A stretch of DNA of 64,000 bases, taken from contig NC_043004.1 in the NCBI RefSeq assembly GCF_006345805.1, forward strand, positions 44,888,001 to 44,952,000, written 5' to 3'. This DNA comes from Octopus sinensis (lineage: Eukaryota). The notes beneath the pieces are model-generated. The model was not told the DNA's origin and did no database searches. It was given only the letters and a program-made list of their open reading frames with translations. The position numbers were made by a program, and so were the translations under genes. Below, in pieces: positions 41,138-53,303 of this stretch (position 1 is the first letter of the stretch; every line of letters starts with the position of its first letter).

Positions 41138-41297
41138 TTTCTCTCCTTGTTTTTTCTGTGTCCCTTTCTGTAGAAGAGCGTAGGCTCGAAATGTAAAGGA
41201 CTTTTTCTATTCCTGAGCGTTATACTAATACATCTGTTTGTTTTGTACACCACCTGTCTTCGTCTTGTGTTTTTTTTTTTTCGTAAACTCTCCCTAT
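41138..41297 (+). mobile_element. Short PLE-type terminal repeat with a hammerhead-like motif (family F)
   Basis: CTTT-CTGTAGA-A-GAGC-gtag-GCTC-GAAA-TGT-A-AAGG at 41164-41199. Same element at 48535-48690(-), with a 3-prime half at about 30567-30680. Confidence 0.65.
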
Positions 41298-42043
41298 TTA
41301 TGTATATATATATATGAGTTTCTCTCGATTTCCACAATGATTGCTCTATAAGATGTCTCGTCTAAAGAACACATCAGCTGGTAGTAGGGGGTACCGAGTT
41401 CCTTGAACTATGTCGTTTAACTGGCCGACTATTCTATAGACATGTGTACCCAGAACGTATTTCCTAGATGAAATAAGTGACAATGCTGGTCGTTTGAATT
41501 AAAGGTCCAATTCATCTAATTATTTCCGTCAACCCAACTTCATTCAACACTTTCGTCGACCTTGTTTTTTTTCTTATAGTAGAAAGCCATAAGTCTAGCT
41601 AAAACTGCTTTCGGATCGAACCCACCACCTCATGATTGCTGTGCGAACTTCGTAACCACTCCTGTCCGTGTCTACATTCCCTGTCCGTATCTATATTCAC
41701 ATATTTGTATTATATAATGTTATAGTTTAGAACAAACAGTAAAAAGTTGTCGTTACAGTACTCGGAGTTTCGAATGTCGGAGCGAAGAGCTACGATGCAT
41801 TCTCGTCGGCTTTTAATGGCAACAGATGCTACGAAACTGTGTGTGTGTGTGTAAATTTGACTATGCATGTATAAATATACATACACGTGTAATATATGAG
41901 TATGCTTCAATGATTTATATAAATATTTACATATACAGACAGGCACTATATATATATATATACACACACAGACACTATATACATATATATATACATACAT
42001 ACACACAGACACTATATATATATATACACACACACACAGACAC

Positions 42044-42103
<60 letters not shown>

Positions 42104-43841
42104 TATAATATATATTTATATATATAAAACATTGTATATATGTTTTACATATTACACTTCTGTGAATCTTAAACTACTTTTACAGTATGCATTTACACAC
42201 ATATTCCACACATGCAGGTAAAAATTACAGGTGTAGTTTTACTTTATATACATGCATGCATGTAGGAACTACAGGTGCTATTTTGCTCCACATGCTTGCA
42301 CACACACACACACATTCACACTTGCGTAGGTGTGTGAATGTATGTTAACTATAAAAAATCTGCAATTTTACCTGCTTGCATGCACGTCTGCGTGTGTATA
42401 ATTTTATTGCATATGGATTATGTATAAACGCTATGCAGCTAGCTTACGATTCGTAGGTGTATAGAAATTCTTATATGCATGTATAATATGGGATATATAA
42501 ATTCTTAAAAATGTTTTAGCCCGAAGGCCGCGGCCATGTATATATATATATACACAAATATATATGCACTGTATTTATGTGTGTATGTGCATTTATATGT
42601 ACTATACATTTGTGTGTTAAATATGCATGTATGCGATTTACACATGTGACAAACATACTTACACTAACACACAGATGTATGTTTATGAATATATGTATAT
42701 AAATCAGGTTGCAGTCTCAGAGGCACCAAGTGGCAATTGTAGCATATAAGCTGCACCCTCTACCCTTCCCCACACCAGTAATCTACATGATCTATTTCTA
42801 TATTACCTTACCTACCTTACAGTCTTCAACTTTTATGAACGAGTGAACATTTAAGATTGATCTCAATAGAGGAAATACTTCCGAGATCCAAATTCTCTTT
42901 AAAATTAAACACTTCCTAGCTATCATCAGTTCTAACTCCGTGCTCCTGCACCTGCACCTGTTCTTTCTCCATCATCATAATACTATTCTCTACTGCTGCC
43001 TTTAGCTTTAACGAACAACTTGATGGCTGTTTAAGGTCGATCCAATACTTGAAATACTTTCGAGATCCAACGAAATTACAATAATCAAATTTAAATGGCA
43101 ATAGCAAATGGGCAGACTTACTTAATTTTTATCAGTTGTTAATTAATAGATTTGCTGTTCTGTTTCTCTATTTCAGTACATTAAACTTGTCGAGCAATAA
43201 TTGAGCTTAATTATTATTTTTCTCTTAAATGAGATTGGTTGAACAAATCAGATTATTACTAAAATATTATAGACACCGCAATCCTAACTGTTGTAGCAAA
43301 TTGGCAGAATAATTAGTGTTGGTTGGAGACAGTGTTTTGCTGTATTTGTTCTGGCTCTTTATGTTCAGAGTTCAAATCCTACCGAGATACACTTGGCCTT
43401 TTATCTTTATGAAATAAAGTATCTGCTCGGAATAAATAGACTGTAAGTTCATTAGTGTTGGAGAAAACGCTTTGAGGTGCTGACGTTTGCTTCGCAACCA
43501 TGCTGTTTCAAGTTCAGTCTCACTCAGCAGCTCTTTGGGTTGACCAATGTCTTCTGAGTGAATTTGGTGTGTGGAAACTGTGTGGAAGTCCATCATGTAT
43601 GTATATGTGTGTGTGTTTGTGTGTGCCTTTGTCTTCCCCACCACATAACAACTCTGTTGGTTTGTTTACATACCTCTAACTTTGTAGTTTGGCAAAAGAG
43701 ACCAATAGAATAAGTACCAAACTTGCAAAAAGTATTGGGTTCAGTTGACCAAACTAACCTGACAAGGTAATGCTCCAGCATGGCCACAGTCCGGTGATTG
43801 AAACTACTAAAGAGTAAAAAGCATTCTTTATATTCTGGGTG

Positions 43842-44132
43842 TTAAGGCAGTCTTGGAGAATTAGTTCTTTTGTCACTCTCAAATACTTGAAGGGAAGCAA
43901 CGGCTGCAGGTGGGAAAGCCATCTTATATTTCCTTACAAAATTTCCACAGAAATCACATAACTGCCAAAGAAGTTTCCAGGGCTCATTTGTTGAACTAAT
44001 TGAACAAAGATGAAACACTCTCTTCATTAAATCAAACAGATTTTTAAAAAATCCTTTTGATTCCAACCTACCTGACACTGCCCCTTGTTCTGCGATATGA
44101 AGTTCTTGCTTTAAAGTGATTTGAATTAATGC
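43842..44132 (-). CDS. Candidate coding exon (...GRLESKGFFKNLFDLMKRVFHLCSISSTNEPWKLLWQLCDFCGNFVRKYK...)
   Basis: Lies in a 105-codon non-repetitive open frame with protein-like composition. Boundaries are ambiguous, with acceptors possible at 44132, 44108 or further in. Confidence 0.35.
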   Translation of the reverse strand, partial: ALIQITLKQELHIAEQGAVSGRLESKGFFKNLFDLMKRVFHLCSISSTNEPWKLLWQLCDFCGNFVRKYKMAFPPAAVASLQVFESDKRTNSPRLP

Positions 44133-46046
44133 CTTCAGAATTAATTTATATGCAAACAATTAGCTTAATAACAACTGTTATTTTGCTAAATTCTTTATTT
44201 TCAAAATTAACTGAAACGTAAAAGGCACCCATGCCGGTGACACATAAAAGCACCCATTACACTGTTGGAGTGGTTGACATTAAGAGGGGTATCCATCTGT
44301 AGAAACAAAACTAAAATCAGACTGGAGTCTGGTACAGCTCTCCAGCTTACCAATTCCAGTCAAACCGTCGAACCCATGCCAGCATGAAAAACAGATGTTA
44401 AATGACAATGATGATAATGATGAAAGGCAGTGTATTTTTCCCAACTGTTTTGTACTGTTGGGAACTGGTTTCATGCAAGTGTTTTTCCACAGATGGGAGG
44501 ATAACACACAATAAAGTGCATAACATATAGTTTTATTATTACATATATAATACATATATATTACATATATAATGCAGAGACACCCTGCAGACTACGATAG
44601 TTAATAGAAATAAAATCAAAACAATTTATTCTTTCTGTGTGGTTTGGCACCAAATCATCCACAGCCTGGTCTACAGTTTCTCTGTTAAACTGAGATTATT
44701 CAGCAAAACTATAGCACAAATCAGTTTAAATAAATATACTCAAATTTCCAACATTAGAGCAAGAAAACTAATTCACATTATATTAGGGTTATGTATCTGC
44801 AGAGAATATTTATCGTGTGCATTTTAGTTGCTTAAGTGACGTTGCTATATATTTATAAATGTGCTTAATGTTGGAGCATTTAAGCTTTAGGTTTTTAGGT
44901 TTAGTTAAGTTTCGAATGAAACAGGATTTCTACAAGAAAGGATCTGCTAATTCTAATTAGCTACATAATTTACTGCATCTAAGCTGTAGTGATAAAGGAT
45001 TAGCTTTTAAATGTCATGAACAACCATCAAATATAAATTGTAGTGGAAGTTATGCATTAATTAATTTCCCCTTCATTCTCACCATTCTAAGCTGAACAAT
45101 GGTTAAGAAGTTTGCTTCTCAACCACATGGTTTGGAGTTCAGTCCCTATAACCTCACCAACTAATCTTGTGTAGATTTGACTGACAGAAATAGAAGTCCA
45201 TTTCATATATATAAATATGTCTGTGTATGTATGTATGTATGAATATGTGATTATATGTATAAATGTATATATGTGTATGTACACGTGTGTGTATTTGCAC
45301 CTCTTTGTCTTCACATTGTGTAAGAAATAAGCATCAATCATACAAGGAGTGTCGTTCATTTTCAATCTTCCAAGAAAACATAGCAGGAAAGGCATCTGGC
45401 CATAGAGAATCTGTCTCAACAAAGTCTGTCTGGCCCATGCAAACATGAAAATGTGAACTTTGAATCATTGACAATAGTCATTGCAATAAGAACTTAAATC
45501 CATAACATTAATAATTTCTATGAAATTCTTTGGCTTGAAACAAACATGATTGGCAAACCTAACACAACACCAAGTTTGTGTATGTGCCATGTTCACTGAA
45601 CAATATAAATATACATTGATCTTTCAAATATACAGTTGGATCCATAAAGAAAACAGAAAGTGGTAAAATAGATTTTAATTTAGGCTCTTTATGTAATATA
45701 TGTACCATATATCATATGATGCATAAAGACACTAAATTAAAAGATTAAGCTAGTGCAGTACTACTCGCACCACACTTGGTCGATCTTGCCCAGATGGGTT
45801 CTTTTATAAATAGATATAAGCATGGCATAGCTGTGTGGTAAGAAGCTGGGTTCCAAACCACATGGTTTTGGTTACTGTCCCACTGTATGGCACCTTGGAC
45901 AGGTCTTCTACAACCTCAGATCAACCAAAGCTATGTGAATGGTGGATTTGATAGATGGAAACTAAAACTGAAAGCCCTTCAGGTATACTCTCTCTCTCTT
46001 ACACACACACACACACCCACATGTATGCATCTATGTGACTGGTATA

Positions 46047-46291
46047 GGTGGCGAGCTGGCAGAAACGTTAGCACGTCGGGCGAAATGCGTAGTGCGTAGC
46101 CATATTTCGTCTGCCGCTACGTTCTGAGTTCAAATTCTGCCGAGGTCGACTTTGCCTTTCATCCTTTCGGGGTCAATTAAATAAGTACTAGTTACGCACT
46201 GGGGTCGATATAATCGGCTTAATCCGTTTGTCTGTCCTTGTTTGTCCTCTCTGTGTTTAGCCCCTTGTGGGTAATAAAGAAATAGGTATAA
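46047..46291 (+). mobile_element. SINE family A
   Basis: Full length, ends AAAGAAATAGGTAT. Confidence 0.9.
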
Positions 46292-46656
46292 GCAAATGCC
46301 ATTGTAATGCAAGCAGTGTCTTTCATTTCCAGTCTTCTATGAAACATGTCCAGTTATGGGGAATATTACCTTACATGGAAACAGGTGAAGGGTTACTGAC
46401 ATTAAGACCATTTGGTTGGAGAAAATCCACATCAACAAACTGTTCCGACCCATAAAAGCATGGAAAAGTGGACTTTAAAATGATTACAATGATAACTATT
46501 ATGTAATCATCAATCATTGTTTTTATGTTTGTTGTTTCCATGACGGCATGGGTTGGACAGGATTTCAAGAGCCAGTATTTTATAGTTTACATACCATTAC
46601 TTGTTGAGCTGTCAGATCTTTTTGTTTATCAGGGACATAAGCAATATCATAACAAA

Positions 46657-47235
46657 GCAGCGAGCTGGCAGGGATGTTAGCACACCAGGTGAAATGCTTA
46701 GTGATATTTCATCTGTCACTACGTTCTGAGTTAAAATTCCGCCGAGGTCGACTTTGTCTTTCATCCTTTCGGGGTCGATTAAATAAGTACCAGAAACGCA
46801 CTGGGGTCGATATAATCGACTTAATCCGCTTGTCTCTCCTTGTTTGTCCTCTCAGTGTTTAGCCCCTTGTGGGTAGTAATGAAATAGGTATTTTGTCTGC
46901 CGCTACGTTCTGAGTTCAAATTTCGCCGAGGTTGACTTTGTCTTTCATCCTTTCGGGGTCGATTAAATAAGTACCAGTTACGCACTGGGGTCGATATAAT
47001 CGACTTAATCCACTTGTTTGTCCGCCCTGTGTTTAGCCCCTTGTGGGTAGTAAAGAAATAGGTATTTCGTCTGCCGTTATGTTCTGAGTTCAGATTCCAC
47101 CGAGGTCAACTTTGCTTTTCATCCTTTTGGGGTCAATAAATTAAGTACCAGTTGCATACTGGAGTCGATGCAATCGACTTAATCCCTTTGTCTGTCCCCT
47201 CTATGTTTAGCCCCTTGTGGAGCAATAAAGAAATA
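46657..47235 (+). mobile_element. SINE family A head-to-tail trimer
   Basis: Units restart at GGTATTT at 46887 and 47061, directly after GAAATA. Confidence 0.9.
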
Positions 47236-47413
47236 ATAAAAATATCATAACAATGGAAACAATATCAATGTGAAGGCATGTAAATACACACACACATATG
47301 CATGCACATATATAGACATACACGTGTTTATACACATACATATCATCATCATATATATATGTAACTTGGGTATATACATGTATCTTGGATATATATCTAC
47401 GTTTGTGTGCGTA

Positions 47414-47444
<31 letters not shown>

Positions 47445-47449
47445 ACTTT

Positions 47450-47615
47450 TTTATTAAAGCTACAAAAATATCACTAAAACTGCTACTCATGTTCCCATTC
47501 ATCGGACAGTTGTGATCAAGAATTTAACTATTATATTTTATTCCATTCTTGATCACAACTGTCCAACGAATGGGAACATGAAACTCTGAGTAGCAGTTTT
47601 TGCTACTTTAATAAA
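47450..47615. mobile_element. ~165-bp foldback whose arms carry a degenerate hammerhead fold (family G)
   Basis: Paired segments 47476-47489/47587-47600, 47488-47500/47568-47580 and 47504-47523/47545-47564. Confidence 0.75.
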
Positions 47616-47768
47616 AATGCATATCCCTCTACCTTCAGTATTCAAATACAATTTTTTCCGCTTTGTTTTGCATTTATGTGCTTACTTGTGTGTGTATGTG
47701 TATGTATATGTATGTGTGTTTATATATGTGTGTGTATATATATATATGTATATATATTATATATATAT

Positions 47769-47799
<31 letters not shown>

Positions 47800-48001
47800 T
47801 ATATATATATATATATATTATATATATATACGTACATACATACATATGTATACATATACATATATGAAGTAGGCTATATAGGTTGATGCAGAAGTCCCTG
47901 GCTAACAACTGAGGTCAGTTTAGTTGAGTTTCCTGATGTATATCTCATTTCTCTGCTCTCTCTATTCTTTTCGACTCAGATTTACTCCAACTACATATAT
48001 A

Positions 48002-48053
<52 letters not shown>

Positions 48054-48492
48054 TATACATATATATACATATATAAGTGTTGATATATAAAATAGCAAAC
48101 ATACATACATATGCAATACATATTTTTCTATAAATCCACATGCACATGTGTGTGTGTGTGTGTGTGTGTATGTATTCACACACACACACTTAAACACACT
48201 TCATATTTCCATTTGTTTGTTTTGTTGTTCTACCTGTTACCGAGTAAGTTACTTTTTTTTCCCCTGAGGTATATTCAATGATGAACTTATCAAAAACTGG
48301 TTATGTTTTAGCAACAGATGTAATCCCTAGGAAGCCTATATCAGTGTCATTGTTTTTCTACAGGACGGTATCATTGTTTTCCCACATACATGCATATGAA
48401 TGTGTATCAGGGTGTGTGTATATTTATGTGAAAATACACATGTATAGATGAATGTGTACACACACAGACACATCTGCACCTATATATTAATG

Positions 48493-48534
<42 letters not shown>

Positions 48535-48690
48535 GGGAGAGTTTACAAAAAAAACAAAAGGCGAAGACAGATGGTGTACAAAACAAACAGATGTAATAGT
48601 ATAACGCTCAGAATTAGATAAAGTCTTTTACGTTTCGAGCCTACGCTCTTCTACAGAAAGGGACACAGAAAAAAGCAAGGAGAGAAAAAA
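48535..48690 (-). mobile_element. Family F element with a hammerhead-like motif
   Basis: Minus CTTT-CTGTAGA-A-GAGC-gtag-GCTC-GAAA-CGT-A-AAAG at 48660-48625, abutting a (TA)n run. Confidence 0.65.
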
Positions 48691-49333
48691 ATGTGTGTAT
48701 ATGTGGAAACAGTACACATGGTCTTATATGTAAATGAATATGAACTTTAGCAAATAACTGTGAGGATATAAACAACAAAGACAAAATAGATATATTAAAC
48801 ACCACTCAAACTAAATCTCTGCTGTATTGAAGTTATTTGCTGTTTGGAAGGAAAATAAATGGAATCCTTGTGGCAAATGCAATCACAGTGAACTGAGTAT
48901 CTCTAGTATTAAGAATTCTTCAAAATTGACATGCAATTAAGAAAAAGACAGTCTGATTGTTTGGAGACGAGAGGACAGAGGTGGATATATGTTTCTGCAT
49001 CAGATATACATATATATACATAGGCACCTATTTGCATATATACAAATATGTATATATGCTTGCATATATGCATATATATATATATTGGTATCACTATGAC
49101 TAAGTGAACTTAGTGAAAGTGTGTGTGTGTATAAGCATATATATATATATATATGCACATATATGTGTGAACATATACCACACACTTTACACATATATAC
49201 ACACAAATACACTTGTGTATGTTATTCTCAAATTACTTGTGTGTTAAGTGTTCTGATCCATTACTTTTTTGTACTAATGTATATATAAAGTATTTTATCC
49301 AACACTGTGTGTGAGTGTTTGTGCATGTATGCA

Positions 49334-49379
<46 letters not shown>

Positions 49380-49573
49380 AACCAAAATGTAGAAGTGTCA
49401 GTTAAGGTGCTGATTCTCATTTTTTGGCTAGTAATATGTATAGATGTATTCTTCCATCTATTTTCACAGTATTGGCTCTACCCTTTTGTCTAGACATACA
49501 TGGTGATGTATAAATGAAATGGCCAAAATTAAAATTCTGCCTCTGATCTGCAGCCCAATTTCATTGTACTTGC

Positions 49574-49613
49574 CTTCTCCAAAGAGGCAGCAACTCTTTC
49601 GACTGCATTTATC
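49574..49613 (-). CDS. Candidate 40-nt exon (INAVERVAASLEK) with a GC donor
   Basis: Acceptor cttcatattctgattttaag. Donor AAG|gcaagt fits the GC-AG consensus. Confidence 0.3.
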
Positions 49614-49749
49614 CTTAAAATCAGAATATGAAGTTTCAGAAATGTACACGATTCCAGAATTTTCAAGCAAACAATTAAGAACGCATGAAAATATGTAAAA
49701 AGACCTTTGTAAATAAAGATAGTCATATTTTCACTACACCATATATCTG

Positions 49750-50171
49750 GGATCTTTTCAGTTTGAACGGCAGTTTTTACTAGCGGTGTCATATGAAATT
49801 GTCACCCATAATCATGACCCTAGTATCGATCTATTGCATTTCAATCTGTTTTAGGGTTAGGGTTGGTTGGGGTGGGGGGAAGGGTATCTTTTTTTCTTCA
49901 CAAATGTAAATAAACCCAACCTGTTTCTTAAACGAGGGACATATTCATATGGCACTGAATGCTTTTTACCTCAATAGACGTTAGTGATTGGTTGAAATTG
50001 CAGAAATTGAAGAAAAAAAAAACAACAAATATCTTACAAACTATAGAATTTTCTCAATAAAGCCGAGAGAAAAAGATGTTTTATAAACACATTCTACCAG
50101 TATACGAAGTTTAAAATTTTTTAGTTACCTAGAAATTATGTTAAAAACTGCCGTTCAAACCAAAAAGATCC
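49750..50171. mobile_element. MITE (GGATC family), reverse orientation, 8-bp TSD
   Basis: TSD TATATCTG at 49742-49749 and 50172-50179. Confidence 0.9.
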
Positions 50172-50698
50172 TATATCTGTCTTTCTATCTGTCTCTGCAT
50201 CAACCTTGTTTATGTGTCCACTTTTTCAGAACTGGCATGGGTTTGATGAGACTTATGCCCATTTTTTATCAACACTTCTCTTCATATATTTTTTCCAGCA
50301 GTCTTCATTTGTTGAAATTGGTGGCATATGAAGACTAGTGGAAAACACACACAAACAGTTAACTAAACCTGTGTATTTCCTTGTAACTAAAAGTTTCATA
50401 GTGTTGGTGTTAGTTAAGTTCACTCATTAGTGAGTCTGGTATAATGGCATAAAATGGCAGTTTAACCCTTTGATATTTAAACTGGCCATATCAAGCTCAA
50501 ATATTTTACAAGCTTTATATTCAAACCAGCCTGATTCTCCTTCTTACACCTACTCTACAATATCATTCTAAAAATAAACAATCACTTTACTTGCAGTCTT
50601 GAAGCTATGAAATAAGGCATAATTAATTCAAAACAATGTAGAGAGTAATCTAAATGTGTGGTATATGTACACGCATATATGTGCATATATATATATGT

Positions 50699-50993
50699 GG
50701 AGGCACAATGGCCCAGTGGTTAGGGCAGCGGACTCGCGGTTGTAGGATCGCGGTTTCGATTCCCAGACCAGGCGTTGTGAGTGTTTATTAAGCGAAAACA
50801 CCTAAAGCTCCGGCAGGGGGTGGTGTCAATCCCTGCTGTACTCTTTCACCACAACTTTCTCTCACTCTTTCTTCTGTTGGCCTGCTCGCTTAGTCAGCGT
50901 GGTGGCGTCATTTGAAGGCTAAAACAATGCGAAGCGCATTGTGACCAGCAATGTGTAACAACATCTGATAGCCTGGTCGGTCACGGTGATGAT
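50699..50993 (+). mobile_element. SINE family C variant with a different 3-prime tail
   Basis: Same head and body up to CTTTCTCTCACTCTT, then an unrelated tail ending GGTCACGGTGATGAT. Confidence 0.85.
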
Positions 50994-51099
50994 ATATATA
51001 TTTATACACATATTCTTATACACACATACACTTTTACTTAGTTCACTGGGTATTCTTAAACATTTTAGTGTTTCTAATTGTCTTCATGGTTGGTCAGAT

Positions 51100-51840
51100 G
51101 ATAGGTCTTGTTCATATTGACTGGGAACATATGATGGCTTTGCTCTGGGGCTAGTGATATGGTTACAGCGTTTTTAAAGAAGGCCAGTCATTTTGACAAA
51201 TACCAGCTGATAGCTCTATAATTAATCATAACCTACTATGCAACTAATGCTAAATTGGAATTGCCATCTACATGTGCAATCATGTGGCATAATTGGTCAT
51301 GTAGCTGAGTTTTTGTTGGTAACAGCTGTTTCTTTACATTAGTAATGTCAGATTTGTTTCTTAGAATTATAGCATATGGTAGCATGTCAAAATGAGTTTG
51401 GATATTTTGCTTCTGTTCAAAGTGGAATGGCAGATGATTCAGAGAGTCTCTGAGGCTGAATTTAATACCTTGGATCAGTTTCTGTATGCTTCTGTCCAAT
51501 CTGTGATGGCCTATCTGATGATTGTATGTAATCCAAAATATTTTTATTTCCAAATGTGTTTGAAGAGAACTCTGGATTTTTGAGATGACTTTTGGTGCCA
51601 ACAGCTTTTTGATGTTTTCTGTTGGCTTTCTACTGCAGGCTGATGCATTGCACTCTGTTCTTTGTGGGGATGAGGTATTTCATTTTTGATGGGGTAGCTT
51701 CTTTGTTCCTTCTATTGTGTAGTTGATTCTACTTGGAATTGGTATTGCCATAAGTTGTCTGCTCTGTTGTAGCTTTTCGATGTACAATATGTTCCACATA
51801 CAAGTGAAATTCCTCTTTATTCATATTCAACAACTTGTGG
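51100..51840 (-). pseudogene. Decayed A-rich retroelement-like ORF fragment
   Basis: One frame runs about 200 codons with sparse stops (includes ORF 51236-51601) and has the K/Q/N/I-rich, A-rich sense strand typical of LINE/PLE ORFs. No diagnostic motif recognised. Confidence 0.3.
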
Positions 51841-51850
51841 GACCTCTGTT

Positions 51851-52261
51851 GGATCCTTTTGGTTTGAACGGCAGTTTTTAACATAATTTCTAGGTAACTA
51901 AAAAATGTTTAACTTCGTATACTGGTAGAATGTGTTTATAAAACATCTTTTTCTTTTGGCTTTGTTGAGAAAATTCTGTAGTTTGTAAGATATTTGTTGT
52001 TTTTTTTCTTCAATTTCTGCAATTTCAAACAATCACTGACGTCTATTGAGGTAAAAAAAACATTCTGTGCCGTATGAATATGTCCCTCGTTTAAGAAACA
52101 GATTGGGTTTATTTACATTTGTGAAGAAAAACAGATACCCTTCCCTCCACCCCTAACCCTAAAACAGATAGAAATGCAATAGATCGATACTAGGGCCATA
52201 ATTATTTGTGACAATTTCATATGACACCGCTAGAAAAAACTGCTGTTCAAACAAAAGAACT
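51851..52261. mobile_element. MITE (GGATC family), 8-bp TSD
   Basis: TSD CCTCTGTT at 51843-51850 and 52262-52269. The right TIR is degenerate. Confidence 0.9.
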
Positions 52262-52598
52262 CCTCTGTTCACTAGGAAAGAAATATAGTTACCACCCAGT
52301 GAGAGGAGTTTTTTTTGTAAAAGTTTCCAATTTTATATTTTGCTATAATCTTTTTTTTTATATATTTATGTTTTGCTGTGAAGATTTTGTTTGTGTGTTT
52401 GTTTGTATGTATGTGTACATACACACATATATATGTATATATAAATACATATACACATATTTTTACTATATTTACATATAGATATATATACACACACAAA
52501 ACATACATATATGTACACGTGTGTGTATCCACACACATTCATATATACTCGCACACATTGTGTTTATGTATATATATCATGAACGTATATTAGAACTA

Positions 52599-52663
52599 GA
52601 GTAATCCCTCGACTATCGCGATGTTACGATACAGGTGAACCGCGATATGGCAAGGGATTACCG
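52599..52663. mobile_element. 65-bp pogo/Tigger-like miniature element
   Basis: TA-GAGTAATCCCTCGACTATCGCG...CGCGATATGGCAAGGGATTACCG-TA. The TIR resembles Tigger-type CAGTA.TCCC ends and there are TA flanks. Confidence 0.65.
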
Positions 52664-53019
52664 TAATGCGGTTGTTTATGTTTGCTAAATAGAAAAATAA
52701 CCTTTATTATTAAGAAAATATACATGTCGTTGCTATAAAGAACGTATAAATACAATAGCATTTACCAGCATGAATATTAAAGGTGACAGTCAAATAGACG
52801 GTTATGATATACTTTTGCATCTGGAAAATTGATGTGCTCTGGAATGAATAGCTAGAAAGTAGCTAAATGGATCACAGTCGGTATCTACGATGAGGTTTAT
52901 TGTTTTGCTGTCAACTGATCTTTTTCACTTACTGAAATTATGTTAAGTGGCTGAGATTCATGGTAGTATTGGCAATGGTTCTCCGTCGTTCAACAACGAG
53001 GATTCAGTTATTCAGTTAC

Positions 53020-53076
53020 CTTGAATTACCTGTTCCCGAATTAACGTGAAAATGGCCGAGTATCCTTAATGCGATT
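53020..53076 (-). CDS. Candidate 57-nt exon (IALRILGHFHVNSGTGNS)
   Basis: Strong acceptor ggattcttttacttcag and donor AAG|gtaact (alternatives exist). Phase matches 49574-49613. Confidence 0.25.
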
Positions 53077-53208
53077 CTGAAGTAAAAGAATCCGTGTAAA
53101 ACAGTATGTGAGAAGACTGTACATTTCTGACTTACAGTTTACTTGATGGGCTTCTATACAGTTTCCATCTGTTCAGTTTCTCTCCTGAGGCTACTGAAAA
53201 TAAAATTT

Positions 53209-53303
53209 GGATATTTTCCTTTTGATAGACGGGATTTTCTAGTTAACTAAATAATTTGTATTTAGTTAACTAGAAAATTCCGTCCATCAAAAGGAAAAGA
53301 TCC
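53209..53303. mobile_element. 95-bp foldback MITE with GGATCTTTTC-type ends and an 8-bp TSD
   Basis: 45-bp arms with 3 mismatches and a 5-nt loop. TSD TAAAATTT at 53201-53208 and 53304-53311. Confidence 0.9.

Noticed and set aside
43860-44150. Plus-strand hAT/Charlie transposase remnant (AHLLN, DF*KILLIPTYL)
   Set aside because: The similarity is too short and out of register, and the opposite strand has a cleaner open frame.
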